From Hyaloraphidium curvatum SAG 235-1 (taxonomy: Eukaryota; Fungi; Monoblepharomycota), in assembly GCA_025558095.1 (NCBI GenBank), contig JAIVFI010000011.1:620001-684000 (forward strand): a DNA stretch of 64,000 bases. The letters are read 5' to 3'. This document shows, one piece after another, positions 1-14,688 of the stretch. Below the pieces are notes generated by a model. The model was given only the letters and a program-made list of their open reading frames with translations. It was not told the DNA's origin and ran no database searches. The position numbers and the translations under genes are program-made. The stretch's first letter is position 1. Every line of letters starts with the position of its first letter.

Positions 1-489
1 GGCGGTCCTCTCCGGCGCGCCTTCGCTGTACAAATCCGACGGCACGGCCAGCACCGACTGCACCTCGTCGTTCGACACCCAGTACACGTACGGCGGGTAC
101 TCAAACGCGGGAGGATCGCCGTAAGTGTAGTAAATCATGCACTGCGGGATGCAGTCCCCCATGTCCCCGGGCACCCAAAACGTCATGTCCCGCAGCTTGT
201 CGGTCGAATCGTTCCCGTCGTACCCGTCGCGCCACAGGCACAAGCAACCCGAGAAGCCCTTGTCGCAGTAGTCCCATCGCTCGCCGTACCAGTCGTTGTA
301 GATGCCGCAGTGGCCCTGGGTGATGCACCACGGGGTGCGGTCGAAGGCGGAGGGGCCGCAGTCGGACTTGCAGAAGCAGCCGGTGTTGGAGACCTTCTGT
401 GCCGCGGCGGGTGCGAGCGCGAGCAGCAGGGAAAGCGCGAAGATGCCGGCCGCGGGGAGCACGGAGAGCGCGGCGCGGCGGGCGTTCAT
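1..489 (-). CDS. Secreted cysteine-rich hypothetical protein (3' end outside window)
   Basis: ATG at 489 on minus. The frame stays open to the window edge: MNARRAALSVLPAAGIFALSLLLALAPAAAQ (signal peptide), then Cys-rich KVSNTGCFCKSDCG...WCITQGHCG...WDYCDKGFSGCLC. It is absent from the ORF track because no stop lies in the window. Confidence 0.7.
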   Translation of the reverse strand, partial: MNARRAALSVLPAAGIFALSLLLALAPAAAQKVSNTGCFCKSDCGPSAFDRTPWCITQGHCGIYNDWYGERWDYCDKGFSGCLCLWRDGYDGNDSTDKLRDMTFWVPGDMGDCIPQCMIYYTYGDPPAFEYPPYVYWVSNDEVQSVLAVPSDLYSEGAPERTA

Positions 490-866
490 TACAGTTGGAG
501 AAGTGTGAGCCCAAACGGTTTGGCTCGGTGGCTCTACGAGGTGGAAGGGTAGTTTTTGGGAGGCAGGGCGCGCTTGTCGTGTATATTGCCTTCGAACGGT
601 TTGGCACTGTCTCCCCCTCAGCCTCATCGCGCGCCTGCCCTGAGCCCGCACCAAAACCCCCAAAACGGAACTCGCCAAAATCAATGATTCCCGCGGGAAA
701 CTCACCAAACTGTGCTGCAAAACATGATAAACCATGTTGGCAATGTAATCCGTAGGTTTCCCAAGGGACAGCGTGCCAACGGGCAAGGTGGTCTGTTCCG
801 CACGGCCGGTCGCCGGTGACTTAGCGACGCCAGTCCCCGCCCAAATCAAAGTCGCTCCCCTACGCG

Positions 867-1386
867 ATGGAGGAGATGATGTTCGAGTTCGACACCGGGC
901 CGCCACCGAAAAAGCCGGCCAAAGCCAAACCTTCCTCAGGATCCGCGGCTCCGCCGTCGCTGTTCTCGAAGTGGAACTCGGCGCGACCTTCGCGGAACGC
1001 GCCTGCACCACTCCGCGAGGTCCCAATGGAGGACCCGATGGCGGCGCCTGCCTTTTTGTCGCCTATGGACCCGGCCGAGCCCGCCTCGGCGCGGGATTCC
1101 GGGGCAGGAAACGCTCCCGCCCTCCCCGCTCCCCCTCGGGAAGACGAACCGCTGTTCGACGGCCACGAATGGCTCGTCATTTTTTCCCACCCCGCCGCCC
1201 ACATTGCTACCTCCCCTCGGCCGGCCAGCGCGCGGCGAGGCCCTGCCTGACCCGGATCCCGCCAAGAACCTGCGCGCGGAGATGACCCTCGACGCCGCGG
1301 CGCTGGTTCTTGTGCAACCGCCTCAGTCACCTCCGGATCCGTGGACGGGCAGCGCAGAGAAGAGACGGGTAGTACGGTATAATTGA
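867..1386 (+). CDS. Small proline-rich hypothetical protein (exon structure uncertain)
   Basis: ORF 867-1250 (MEEMMFEFDTGPPPKKPAK...) is possibly spliced via CAG at ~1228 into the 1204-1386 frame. No recognisable domain. Confidence 0.35.
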
Positions 1387-1427
1387 TATGCGAATGATCA
1401 GAATGAGCAGCAATGCAGCTGATTTTT

Positions 1428-4400
1428 CTAGTGGGGTGCGACGACCATCTTCGGGGTCACGAGCGCGAGGGCGTTCCTCGAGAGGGCGGAGCAAGCCGCC
1501 AGGCCGGCCACGCCGGCAGCAGCGTTGCTGGCACCCGCGCGCACGGCAAACCCGGAGATCTCGACCTGCACGCCCCAGACGCCGCTCCAGTCCCAGTCGT
1601 TGGGGTCCATGTTGGCGCTCGGCGAGATGCGGAACTTGCCAAACACCGAAGGCACGTAGTAGCGGGCCGATGCGTCCGAGGTGAGGGCGCCGGGCACGGT
1701 GACGTGCCATCCGTTGGTCGGCTCGACCTGCATCGCGTAGGTCCACGGGGTCGCCAGGAAGTCCTCGATGTAGCGCGCCCCCGTGGGGAGGGTGAGCGTG
1801 TTGCGGTACTCGCCGGTCGGCTTGATGTCGAGTTGGAGGATGGGAGTGTCGCCGGGCGCGGCGTCGCCGACGAACTGGATGCCGTAGGGCTTCAGGTTGA
1901 TCTGCAGCATGTGCACATCGTCCAGGCCGCCGAAGTGGTTGCGCAGGGCCGGCAGGGTGGGGTCGCGCAGGTCCAGGAAGGCGGTGCCGTGCGCCGAGAG
2001 GTCAGAGATGAAGGTCGGGTCCATGTGGATCCAGCTCGAGTTGCACACGGGCTGCGACATGGCCGCCTGGTTGTCGAGGGCCTGGATGGCACCGTTCACC
2101 GCGGCCGTGAAGTCCGCGACCGACGAGCTCGGGTCCGGCACGAGGCCGGCGTGCGTGAAGGCGGTGCGGGCAAACGAGTAGGCCTGGCCGATCTGGTAGA
2201 CGAGGTCCAGGGTGCGCATCTTGCGCTCCAGCAGGTTGAGCAAGATCTCGCGCACGGCCGGGGCCAACGCATCGCCCGAGGCCTGCGCGGCGACGATGAG
2301 GTCGGCGATCCTAGCCTGCGCCTCCTGCGCGGCCTGTAGCTTCACACCCGACTGCACGACCTTGACCTGTGCCGAGAGCAGCTGCGTCTGCAGCCCGACC
2401 CGGTCGATACCGGCGTTAGCCAGCATCTGCAGCGCGAGGGCGTAGTCAGACGCCCCGTCGATGCCCTTGGAAATGGCCGGCCCGAGGTAGATGGTCGCCT
2501 GGTCCTTCAGGTCCTGGAAGTTGAGCAGGCTGGAGCTGAGCGAAGCGAGCGTGGAGTTCGAGTCCGTCGCGGCCCCGACTTCGGCCGGTCCGACGTCGAT
2601 CTTGGGCTCCTTGGGGGCGCTTTTGATCTTCTCGACCAGCCCGATGATGTTGCTGACCAGGGATTCGACCCCCTCGAACATCTTGGCGATCCCCTCGAGG
2701 GCCTCGGCGAACTTGCTCAGGTTCTTGATGATGTCCGCGATCTTGCCACCGGCCTTGCTCGAAACCTCCATGAGCGAGGCAAAGCCGGCGCCCTCCGTAG
2801 CCACACAAGTTGCAATTGCTGCCAGAAACTCCACCACCAGTTCCGCGATCTCGGCCGCCTCGTACTTCTTGACGCCGTCCTCGAAGGCAGACTTCTTGGC
2901 CTCCAAACCCTCGGAGCGCTCCTGGTACGTCTCGTCAATCTTGTCGAACGCCTCCTGGAGCATCTCCAGGTGAGAGATGTCGCCCTCGAGCTCGGTCGAA
3001 GCCGCGTCGACGGCCGCCTGGATCGTCGAGTTCGAAGCCTGCAGGAGCGTGATCGCCGCATCCGCGGTGGTTCCCTGAGCGAACAGAGACTTCAGGCTGG
3101 CCTCGAGGTTGGCCATGGCCTGGAGTTCCGCGGCCGCCGCCGTCTCGATGGTTGCCGCGGAGAGGAAGGGCACGGCCTGGACGGCCTCGCCGGCGCGCGA
3201 GTTCTGGAGGTCCGCGAGCACAGAGAAGACCCGCCCAACCGCAACGTCCGGCACGGAGCTGGGCAGCCCGGGGGCAACGTCGGTGAGGAAGGCCATGGCG
3301 TCCGTGAGGCGGCCGGCGGCAACCATCTCGTCCGCGCAACCGGCTGCGAAGCGCGACACGGTGGCGTCCACGGGGGCGAGGGGATCCGTGCGCGCGGGCT
3401 TGAAGTCAATGGTTCCGTCGGCGGACCAGTGGGCGATGCCGTTCGCGGCCTGCTCAGAGGCAACCTCGAACTTGTCCCAGAAGTTGTCGCCTCCATGCAG
3501 CCAGACCGGGGCAGCCTCGGAAACCGCGGAGCTCGGTCCTCCCATGAGGGCCATGAGTCCGATGTAGTTCGCCGGCCAGTTGTTCGGGTTCCCCTGGGTC
3601 ATGGGTCCTTCCAGCGGGTGGCGTCCGAGCTTGAACGCATCTGGCGGCGACGATGTTGTTAGCGCGATCACACGAGAATGCCGTGCAAGAACCCACAGTC
3701 TCCTGTAGCCATGATTCCGACGCCGTTGCCGGCAACATCCGCCCAAACCAGGCCCGTCCGATCGAAGAAGCCCTTCGCGGAGCTCGCAATGGAACCGTAG
3801 AGCTTGCTCTTTCCGCCAATGTCGTGCCAGCCGGCGGAGGGCTCGGGGTAAATGAACCTGTCGGTCTGCATCTGAAGCCGCCACGCAGGCTGGTTGTACC
3901 CGGGTAGGATGTCGCTGGAGTCGTTCTGCCTCTGGTTCAGGATGGTGGCGCCGAAAAAGTCTGTGAACGTCCAGGGCCCCGAGGTGCAGTTGACGAGGTT
4001 GGACTGGCCAGAGGAAACGCAGTTGAAGGTCGGGTTGGGCTCGAAGCAGATGGGCTGGAATTGCCCAGAGGTGTTGCGGCACTGCCAATCCCCCAAGAAC
4101 CGGTACGTGAAGGGGCTGAAAGCGAACTGGGGGTCGACCAGCTCTGAGCAGGGCGAATGGTTAGGCTTGTAGCGCACGTCGCACTGCAGCAACTCACGAG
4201 TGAGGTAGGTTGTCGTGACCGTGGGCTCGGGGGCAGAGGGCAGGCCGTTCTGCATGACCTTAACGGGTCCGAACGTCCGCGCCGCCCTGACGACCACCTC
4301 GGGTCCGAAGTTACCCGCCTCGTCCGGGCCCATGGAGTGGATGTCGAGGACACCTCCGTCCGAGATGATGCTGTGCGCCTCCACGCGGACGCGGGTGAAC

Positions 4401-5765
4401 CCAGTGTGGTTGCGCCCGATCACGGTGATGGCGGATCCGAGGTCGAAGTTGAAGGCCGTAATGTTGAGCTCGGCGACGGTGTCCAGGGTGTGTTTGCCGT
4501 CGGTTGCGGAGCGCACCATCGAGTCCAGGTCCGTGGCGTTCAGATCGGCCTTGAAGATCGAGAGGCGGGCGAAAGGAGCCGAGGCCGGGGGCGGCGCGAG
4601 CTTCATCTGCAACGCAGAAGCCGAGTTGAAGGCGTCCTCAAAGAGACTGACGAACTTGGGGCACTTCGGGGAGGCGAGGGTGCCAGGCCGGATCAGGCGC
4701 AGGGAGTCGGAGGTGGAGATCTGCACGGGCGTGGCCATCGGGTCCAGGTGCAGATCGCGGCACGCGTAGCTGACGCGGAGGGCCTTGGCGGTCCCCTGCG
4801 GGCACGGGCTACCGAACAGGCGGGCGACGTCGGCGAGGGAGAGAGAAGGCGAGCACGACTGCTTCCCGTCGCACTGCGCGGCGAACAGCGCCGTCACGGC
4901 GGCGGTGTCGCGGGCCGAGAGGGAGCAGTTGAAGACCGGCGCAGGGCCTGGGCAGGAGGCGTCGGGGATGTCGGGTTCGTCGCGGCCAAAGAAGACCTTC
5001 TGGACCTGCGCGACGCGGCCGTCGGGGCACGAGATGGCGACGGCGGAGTTGTCGGCCTCGCACGAGTTGGCGACCAGCCCGGTAATGGCCAGAGGCGTCA
5101 GCTGGAGTGGATCGATTAGCAGGCCCCGTTGCCGAACCGCGCAAGCAACTCACAGTGGGCACCACCCTCGTCCGCGTCGTCGTCGCCGTGGTGGAGGTCT
5201 GGGCAGCAGTAGATGTCGTGACAGCGGTAGTGGAGGTCTGGGCAGTGGTAGTGGACGTCGCAGGAGGTGGGACCGTGGTTGTCGAAGATGTCGTCGAGGG
5301 CGCCACGGTGGTGGAGGAGCTCGGCACTCCGCTGTCGGTAGTCGTGGTGCTGCCGGTCGTGCTGGTGGGCCCGGAGCCGGTCGTGGCCGGAACCAGCTTG
5401 CCGGAGACGCAGCTGAACACCGCAGTGTCGAAGCAAGCGCCGTTGCACGCCTGCAGACCGGGTGCGCAGAGCACCATGTCTCCTGCAGGTCGCGCGTCGT
5501 CGGAGATGCAGCTCAGCTGCGCAGGGTTGAAGCACTGCGGGCCTGTGAGCCAGCTGTCGCAGCACTGGGCCGTCGACGGGCAGTCGAATGTCGCGCAGGT
5601 GGCGGCGGGGGTCGTGGTTGTGGCCGCTGCGGCCTGACGCGCGTGGGCGGCGGTGGGCGGCACGGCCCGGCGGGGGTGCCGCAGCGGGAGGCCGAGGGTC
5701 GGCTGCGTGAAGCAGTCCAGGAGGAGGAGCGCCGCGAGGGCGGCGGCCTTCGTTGCGATGCGCAT
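1428..5765 (-). CDS. Large secreted protein (~1409 aa): signal peptide, CBM52-like Cys module, Thr/Ser linker, SUEL/rhamnose-binding (Gal_Lectin) domain, helical toxin-like C-terminal region
   Basis: Exons 5765-5154, 5101-3697 and 3640-1428 are joined by GT-AG introns 5153-5102 and 3696-3641, both with CTAA[CT] branch sites; total 4230 nt = 1410 codons. Motifs: MRIATKAAALAALLLL (signal), CNGACFDTAVFSC (CBM52-like), C..FFGR...CDGKQSC...FGSPCPQGTAKALRVSYAC (SUEL lectin). Confidence 0.8.
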
Positions 5766-6329
5766 GGTGCTCGGTGCGGAGGGCACTCGGATGGGGAGAG
5801 TCGCGAGAAGCTGTGCGGCTCCTCCGGCGGCGGCCGCTCGCTTTTGTTTCGCACATGGCGGCGCAATAGAAGCATGGCTTGGCGGTGGCCGAGTGGCCGT
5901 ACGGCCGCGCCTCGGTTCCTTCGGATCGATTCGAAAGGGGTTCGCGTGGCGAAGCCGAGCACAGCACCCAGTCTCGCTCCGCACCTGGCCGAAGCCCGGG
6001 GACCAGACGACAAAACACAGCGGTGCGAACTGCCGGCAACAAACAGAACTGCAAATGGCGACCGGCATTCAGTGAAAGAAGATGGAGGGCCTTGCGGTGG
6101 CTGCTGAACAGGGTGCCGAGCCATTTGCCACAAGCCGTAACCGCTCTCCGCTTTTGGCCCTCCAAACACTTGGGCTGCTTCAACCCTTTCCCGCGCAACC
6201 CAGCTGTACCGGGCGTGCTTCAGATTGTCGAGGCGATTTGCGGCCCGCTTTGGAACTCGCTAGCCAGCAAGCGAATCGGGACTCAAATGCTCGCAACGTT
6301 GAATCTGATTTTTCTCCCACCGCCTCCGC

Positions 6330-6489
6330 AGGTCATCTCTCTGCGCGACCCTCTCTTCTTCGTCCCCGTTCCTTGTGTCTGATGAGACAACCACGTTCAC
6401 AGCGAACCCCGGCGTATCTTTCGCAAGCTAGCGGCGCTCCGGTGAGAGTTCAGCTCGGGGTTGACTTTGCAGCGTTTTGATGATTGCTT
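6330..6489 (+). pseudogene. Decayed remnant of the BVMO penultimate exon and last intron
   Basis: gttcacagcgaaccccggcgtatctttcgcaagct...ccgGTGAGagtt...ttgatgattgctttcCAG aligns loosely with the functional gene's gtgcacggcgcgaccgcgggcggacctgtcgcagct...ccgggGTGAGcgtt...ttgacgaaggcttctcCAG. Confidence 0.6.
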
Positions 6490-6857
6490 TCCAGCTACTA
6501 CAACGCGAAGGGCGACATCGCAAAGCTCGAATCGATGTCGAGGGAGCAGAGCTACTGGGGAGGGCCGCTGGGCTACTGGGACAAGCTGGACGAGTACATC
6601 AAGCGCGGGGATCTCGACGGCTTCCGGTGCCTGGGCGGCACGGGCACGGACGCCGAGGCCAAGCCGGCGGCGCGGATGTAGGCAGATGATCTCTAACGGA
6701 ATGGACCTGGTGCCTAACTCCGATGAAGATCCTTTTGCCTGTGCTATCCGCCACGTTGCAAGTGCTTCGACGCTGCAGATCTCTTCCCCGCAAACACGGC
6801 GAAACCGATGAAGCTCTGGCACCGCGATCTCGCTGGCACAGACAAAAGGACCCGAGT
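6490..6857 (+). repeat. Left arm of 368-bp inverted repeat; orphan copy of BVMO last exon + 3'UTR
   Basis: Reverse complement of 10372-10739 with one mismatch seen (6508 A vs G). Encodes YYNAKGDIAKLESMSREQSYWGGPLGYWDKLDEYIKRGDLDGFRC...ARM*. Confidence 0.95.
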
Positions 6858-7326
6858 TCCGAGGAAACTCCTTTGGCGCCGGCGGGCGGAACGGCAACTT
6901 GGGATTTGAGCCGGCGGGCGGCACAGGCTTTTGGTTGCCTATCCCGCCCGCGGCCGCGAGTCCGACTTTCGGCCCTGCGGAGCCTTCACTTCAAGGTCGC
7001 CGATGATGAGCCAACGCCAAACGAGGTACAATGGTCCAATTGATCTCCTTTGGCGTGGGCAGGCGGAACGGCAACTCGGATTCCGGGCATGCGCGCGGCG
7101 AAGATGGCACATGTGGAGGCAGGCGCGCCAGACCCGCCCGAAACCCAGCAACGGGACGCGCGGCCGGCGACATCGCATCACATCGACGCGGTGCATTTTC
7201 CAGACGCGTGGGAGATGCGTTCGGGGGTGATCCGGGCCAGGAGCGACGGCGCGGCGATTCGACGCGGCGTCTGTTTGTTTACGGCTTCAACTGCCGGACC
7301 TCCGTCCTTGGCCAGCGCGCGCCGCC

Positions 7327-10188
<2,862 letters not shown>

Positions 10189-10371
10189 GCACACCCGTCG
10201 TCAGCGCTCGTCAGCGCGGCGGCTGCGGCTGCCGTCTCGGGGGTCGAATCCAATCTTAGCCTGCATGGTCGGATGCGTACACGTGTTTCGTTTCACTCAA
10301 TCGATGTTTCGGTGATCACCTCGTCTTCTCTCGTTAAGATCAAGCGTGCTCGCGCTTGGCGTCCATTGTCC

Positions 10372-10739
10372 ACTCGGGTCCTTTTGTCTGTGCCAGCGAG
10401 ATCGCGGTGCCAGAGCTTCATCGGTTTCGCCGTGTTTGCGGGGAAGAGATCTGCAGCGTCGAAGCACTTGCAACGTGGCGGATAGCACAGGCAAAAGGAT
10501 CTTCATCGGAGTTAGGCACCAGGTCCATTCCGTTAGAGATCATCTGCCTACATCCGCGCCGCCGGCTTGGCCTCGGCGTCCGTGCCCGTGCCGCCCAGGC
10601 ACCGGAAGCCGTCGAGATCCCCGCGCTTGATGTACTCGTCCAGCTTGTCCCAGTAGCCCAGCGGCCCTCCCCAGTAGCTCTGCTCCCTCGACATCGATTC
10701 GAGCTTTGCGATGTCGCCCTCCGCGTTGTAGTAGCTGGA
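10372..10739 (-). repeat. Right arm of 368-bp inverted repeat (functional BVMO last exon + 3'UTR)
   Basis: Reverse complement of 6490-6857. Confidence 0.95.
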
Positions 10740-12526
10740 GAAGCCTTCGTCAACTACGCCGACACGTCAAACGCGGAGAAACGCTCACCCCGGCGTGCAC
10801 TGGGCCAGCTGCGACAGGTCCGCCCGCGGTCGCGCCGTGCACTCGGCCACCCAAGCCTCCTCCGCCTCGCGGGTGCACTCGACGACCTCGTGGCCGGCGC
10901 GCACGGCGAGGGAGATGACGTGCGCCGAGAAGCGGGACTGGAACTTGGAGAAGGACGGGAAGATGCCCGCCGTCGCGGCCTGCAGAATCACGAATGAGTG
11001 AATCAAGTCGGCTGCGCTGAATGTCCCACCTGAGTGGAGGTAAACTCGAAGAGGTTCGGGAATCCCGAGGTGACGACGCCAAACATGGTCGCCCAGCCGC
11101 CGTGGCCTTCCATCTTTTCGCGCTTGGTGAGCCCGCCGCGGCCAAAGACGGAAAAGTCGTAGACAGCCTGCTGCAGGAAGCCTCTGATCTCGAAGCCCGT
11201 GCACCAGACGATGCAGTCCAGAGGGCCGTAGTACTTGCCTCCCACAACGATGCCGTCCTCCGTCACCCGCTCCACCCCCTTGCTCACCGAGGCGTCCACC
11301 AGCTCCACGTTGTCCTGGTTGAAGCACTCCAGGTACGAGTCCGAGAACGCGTTGCGCTTACACATCGCGCCGGCATACCACGGCTTGAGCAGCTCGGCGG
11401 TGCGCTTGTCCTTCACGACCTCGTCCACCCGCTTGCGCACTCCATCCATGCGCAGCATGTTGCCGAGCTCGATGAGCTCCGGGACGGAAAGCCCGCGGTC
11501 TTCCCCCGTGGCACGAGCGTGATGTATGAGCGACATGTTGACCATTGCGGATTTTGCGAAACCGTCATCGAAGCCGCCGCCGGTGGGGTCGAGCCCGTAG
11601 AGGACCTTGTGAAACGAGCGCTCCACCCGGTCCGCCCACCCGGGCTCGAGCTTGGCAAAGGCCTCGGCATCCGAGGGCCGGTGGTCGGCGGGGTCCACGT
11701 GCGCGGGGGTGCGCTGCACGACGAACAGCTTCCCGGCGACCCGAGCGACCTCGGGGATGACCTGCACGCCGGTGCTGCCAGTGCCAATCACCGCAATCCT
11801 CTTGCCTTTGAGGCCGGGGTAGTCCGGGGCGGGGCCGGAGTAGGCACCGTCCCAGCGGGCCGTGTGAAACTCCTTCCCCTTGAAGGTGTCAAGCCCGGGG
11901 AGGTTGGGGAGGTGCGGTAGGTTGATTGGACCCGCACACATGACGGCGAACCGCGCGGCGATGCTGTCTCCGCGGTCTGTGGTGCAGCGCCACCGCCTGA
12001 TGGCGTCGTCCCAGCGCAGCTCCAGCACGCCGGTGGAAAACATTGCCCGGCGGTACAGCCCGTACTTTTGCGCCACGGAGCGGCAGTGCTCGAGGATCTC
12101 TTCGCCGGGCGCGTACTTTTGCGACGTGCAGTGTCCCATGTCCTCGAGCAGAGGCACATAAACCATCGAATCCATATCGCAGCGGACGCCTGGGAATCTG
12201 TTCCAGAACCAACATCCGCCGAACTCTCCGGCCTTGTCCACCATGAGAAAGTCGCGCACACCCTTCTTTTCCAACTCCACGGCCATCTGCAGGCCGCCGA
12301 ACCCGGCCCCGACAATGAGCACGGTCGTCTCGGCATTGACGGCCGCGCGCTCCTTTGGCTCCGTCCACGGGTCCTTGAGCCAGTGCGTGTACTTTTCGCC
12401 CGCGCCGATTCCAACCGTGATGTACTGGTCCAGGTGGTCCGAGCGGAGCCGCCTGTCGCGCTCCTGCAGCATCTTCTTCCGAATCGCGTCGGGATCGAAC
12501 GTCACGCGGTCCCAAGGGTTCGCCAT
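10548..12526 (-). CDS. Baeyer-Villiger monooxygenase (type I flavoprotein, cyclohexanone monooxygenase/PntE-like)
   Basis: Two Rossmann motifs (GAGFGG, GTGSTG) and the BVMO fingerprint FKGKEFHTARWD. Exons 12526-11030, 10979-10789 and 10734-10548 total 625 codons. Confidence 0.92.
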
Positions 12527-12993
12527 CGCGCGGCACTCCGGGTTGCGAGGTTCTTTCGTGGGTGGAGGTGGGACGTGGCGGCAAGGCGCGATGGGGGACA
12601 TGATTCCGTCAGCAACCTCCTCCCCTCTCGCCCGCTTAAAGAAACTGCTTTGCGTCTGCCTCTGCTTCCAGCATAATTCACTGTAATGGCTATGTATCCG
12701 TTATCCAACTTGCACTCAGGAAGGTACGCGAAGGAAGGAGGAAAGCCCAGTTCTGCCCTCTCGCTAAGAGAAAGAGGCAGTTCAACATCCGCATTTGATC
12801 TTCCGCTCGGCCAGTTTAGCCATCCGTGATGTTTCCTGTCGTATGAACCAAACTCGAACTCCGTTGGTTCGGAAGGTGACGTGTTTGATCGCCAGAACCC
12901 GCGCGAAAAAACCCAGGTCGAGTCATATCCCTCAGCAGATCGACCACCGTTCTCCGTGCTTCCCCGCCTGCCCTCACCAGCGCACCAAGCAAG

Positions 12994-14526
12994 ATGGTTC
13001 TCGCGACTCTGCTCGCGATTCTCGTCGCTCTCGGCGTCGCCAGGTGCGCCCGCATGCTGTCTCCCTCCGCCGCGCCGCCGACACGTCACCGACTTGGCAC
13101 CCGGCAGCGCCCAGAGCCCCACGCCCACCACGCCCGGCACAACGCCTACCGCAGCTGCGGGAGGCGACCTCTTCTCCACGCTGCCCTTCGGGCAATTTGT
13201 AAGGACGCTTCGGACGTCCCGCGGGGCGAGGCTTTCGCTGATCACTGCTGTCGCAGGTCACCGGCGGCTCGTTCTCCGGGTTCGGCGGCGAGTTCAAGTA
13301 CTGGGGAGTCCAGATGTTCTATCCCGGAGGAGATCCGGACCTGTTGGACACCCACATCGTGGCGCAGGTGCGCCTTCGATGCGTGGACCCTGACTTCCTT
13401 CCGAGCACTAGAGCTGATTGCTTCCACAGACCACCCTCGGTGGAACCAACTACTCCGAATACCAAGGCACCGCCGAGCGCACCAATAGCAGCGGCATCTC
13501 GATCCTTTACGCGGGTCCCAACCTCGAGAACATGGTGCGTTTCGCTGCATAGGTGCACGATTCACGATGGCCGACCTTCACCGCCCCACAGACTTGCATC
13601 AAGTCCAACGCGGCCCCCGGCGCCATATCTTGCGAGTTTTCGGGAAGCGTCGGGCAGACGGGTAGCTACACCGGCTCGGGAATTTCCTACCCGGTCAGCT
13701 ACGCGCTCGGGATCGTCAACGGGACCGCTTCCGGGAATGCGTGGGTTTCGCCCTCTGCGCGAAACGGGTTCCATCCCTTGCTAAACTCAATTCGGGCAGC
13801 ACAAGCACGGGGACGGCCGGCGCCTCATCGACTGGCGGGGCCTCGTCCGCGGGCAGCGCCTCGCCGACGGCCACTTCGACGCTGACGGTGGGGTCAAGCA
13901 GGCAGGCTCAGACGCCGAACATCATCAACAAGACCGACATCTCGACTTCTTTCGTTCGTAGTGCTCCTCTCTCGTCCCTGCTTCACCAACTGATGCATCT
14001 GCTCGCTCAAGATCGTCCAAGGCTCGACCATCCAGTACGGCGCTTTCGAGGCCGTCATCTGGGTTTCGGACAGCCCGGCCGACGGCGTCGTCGATCCCAG
14101 CGCCGTGATCGTGCAGATGGAGGCCACAGTTCGTTCCGACAATGTCTTCCGTCCTTCGGGCCAGCTGATCTTGGCGACCAGCACCCCGCCGACCGCAGCA
14201 TCTACGAGTTCTACTCCGGGATCGGCCTCCCCGTCAACGCTTCGGCCTGGCGCTTCACCATGGCCGGCTCCACCTCGTCTGAGCTCGTAAGCTCCACCAT
14301 CTGCCGCTCTACGTCCATATTGACCACGTCCGTGCAGATCGTCACGCCGATCCAGAGCACCGCGCACGGCCCAATCCTTCACGGGACGCTCTCGGGCACG
14401 TTCCAAGGCGCGGTGTACAACGGCACCGCCACGGCGTACCCGACGCGGTACGTGCTCCAGGAGCTGGGGCTGTCGACGGGACGGAGGATGGAGAAGAGGA
14501 TGAGGAGGGTGTTTGGCGGGAACTGA
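12994..14526 (+). CDS. Multi-exon secreted hypothetical protein with Ser/Thr-rich linkers
   Basis: Signal peptide MVLATLLAILVALGVA. Coding-like segments in successive frames are separated by ~7 short GT-AG introns and end at ...RRVFGGN*. Exact exon limits are uncertain. Confidence 0.6.
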
Positions 14527-14688
14527 TGGGGAAGGGTGCTTTCGATCTTGTGCCTCTTGCTGCTGAGGAGTTGGTTTGCGCCATTTGCGCTGTGTGGCAT
14601 TGGGATATGCATTCTTCCGTCTATGCTGATAAAGAAACGAGACATAAAATCATTGCAGTAAGCTGCCTTCCCGTCCACACGCCACCTC

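Noticed and set aside
5180-5260. Short direct repeat gtggaggtctgggcag
   Set aside because: It is an ordinary coding repeat within the Thr-rich linker.
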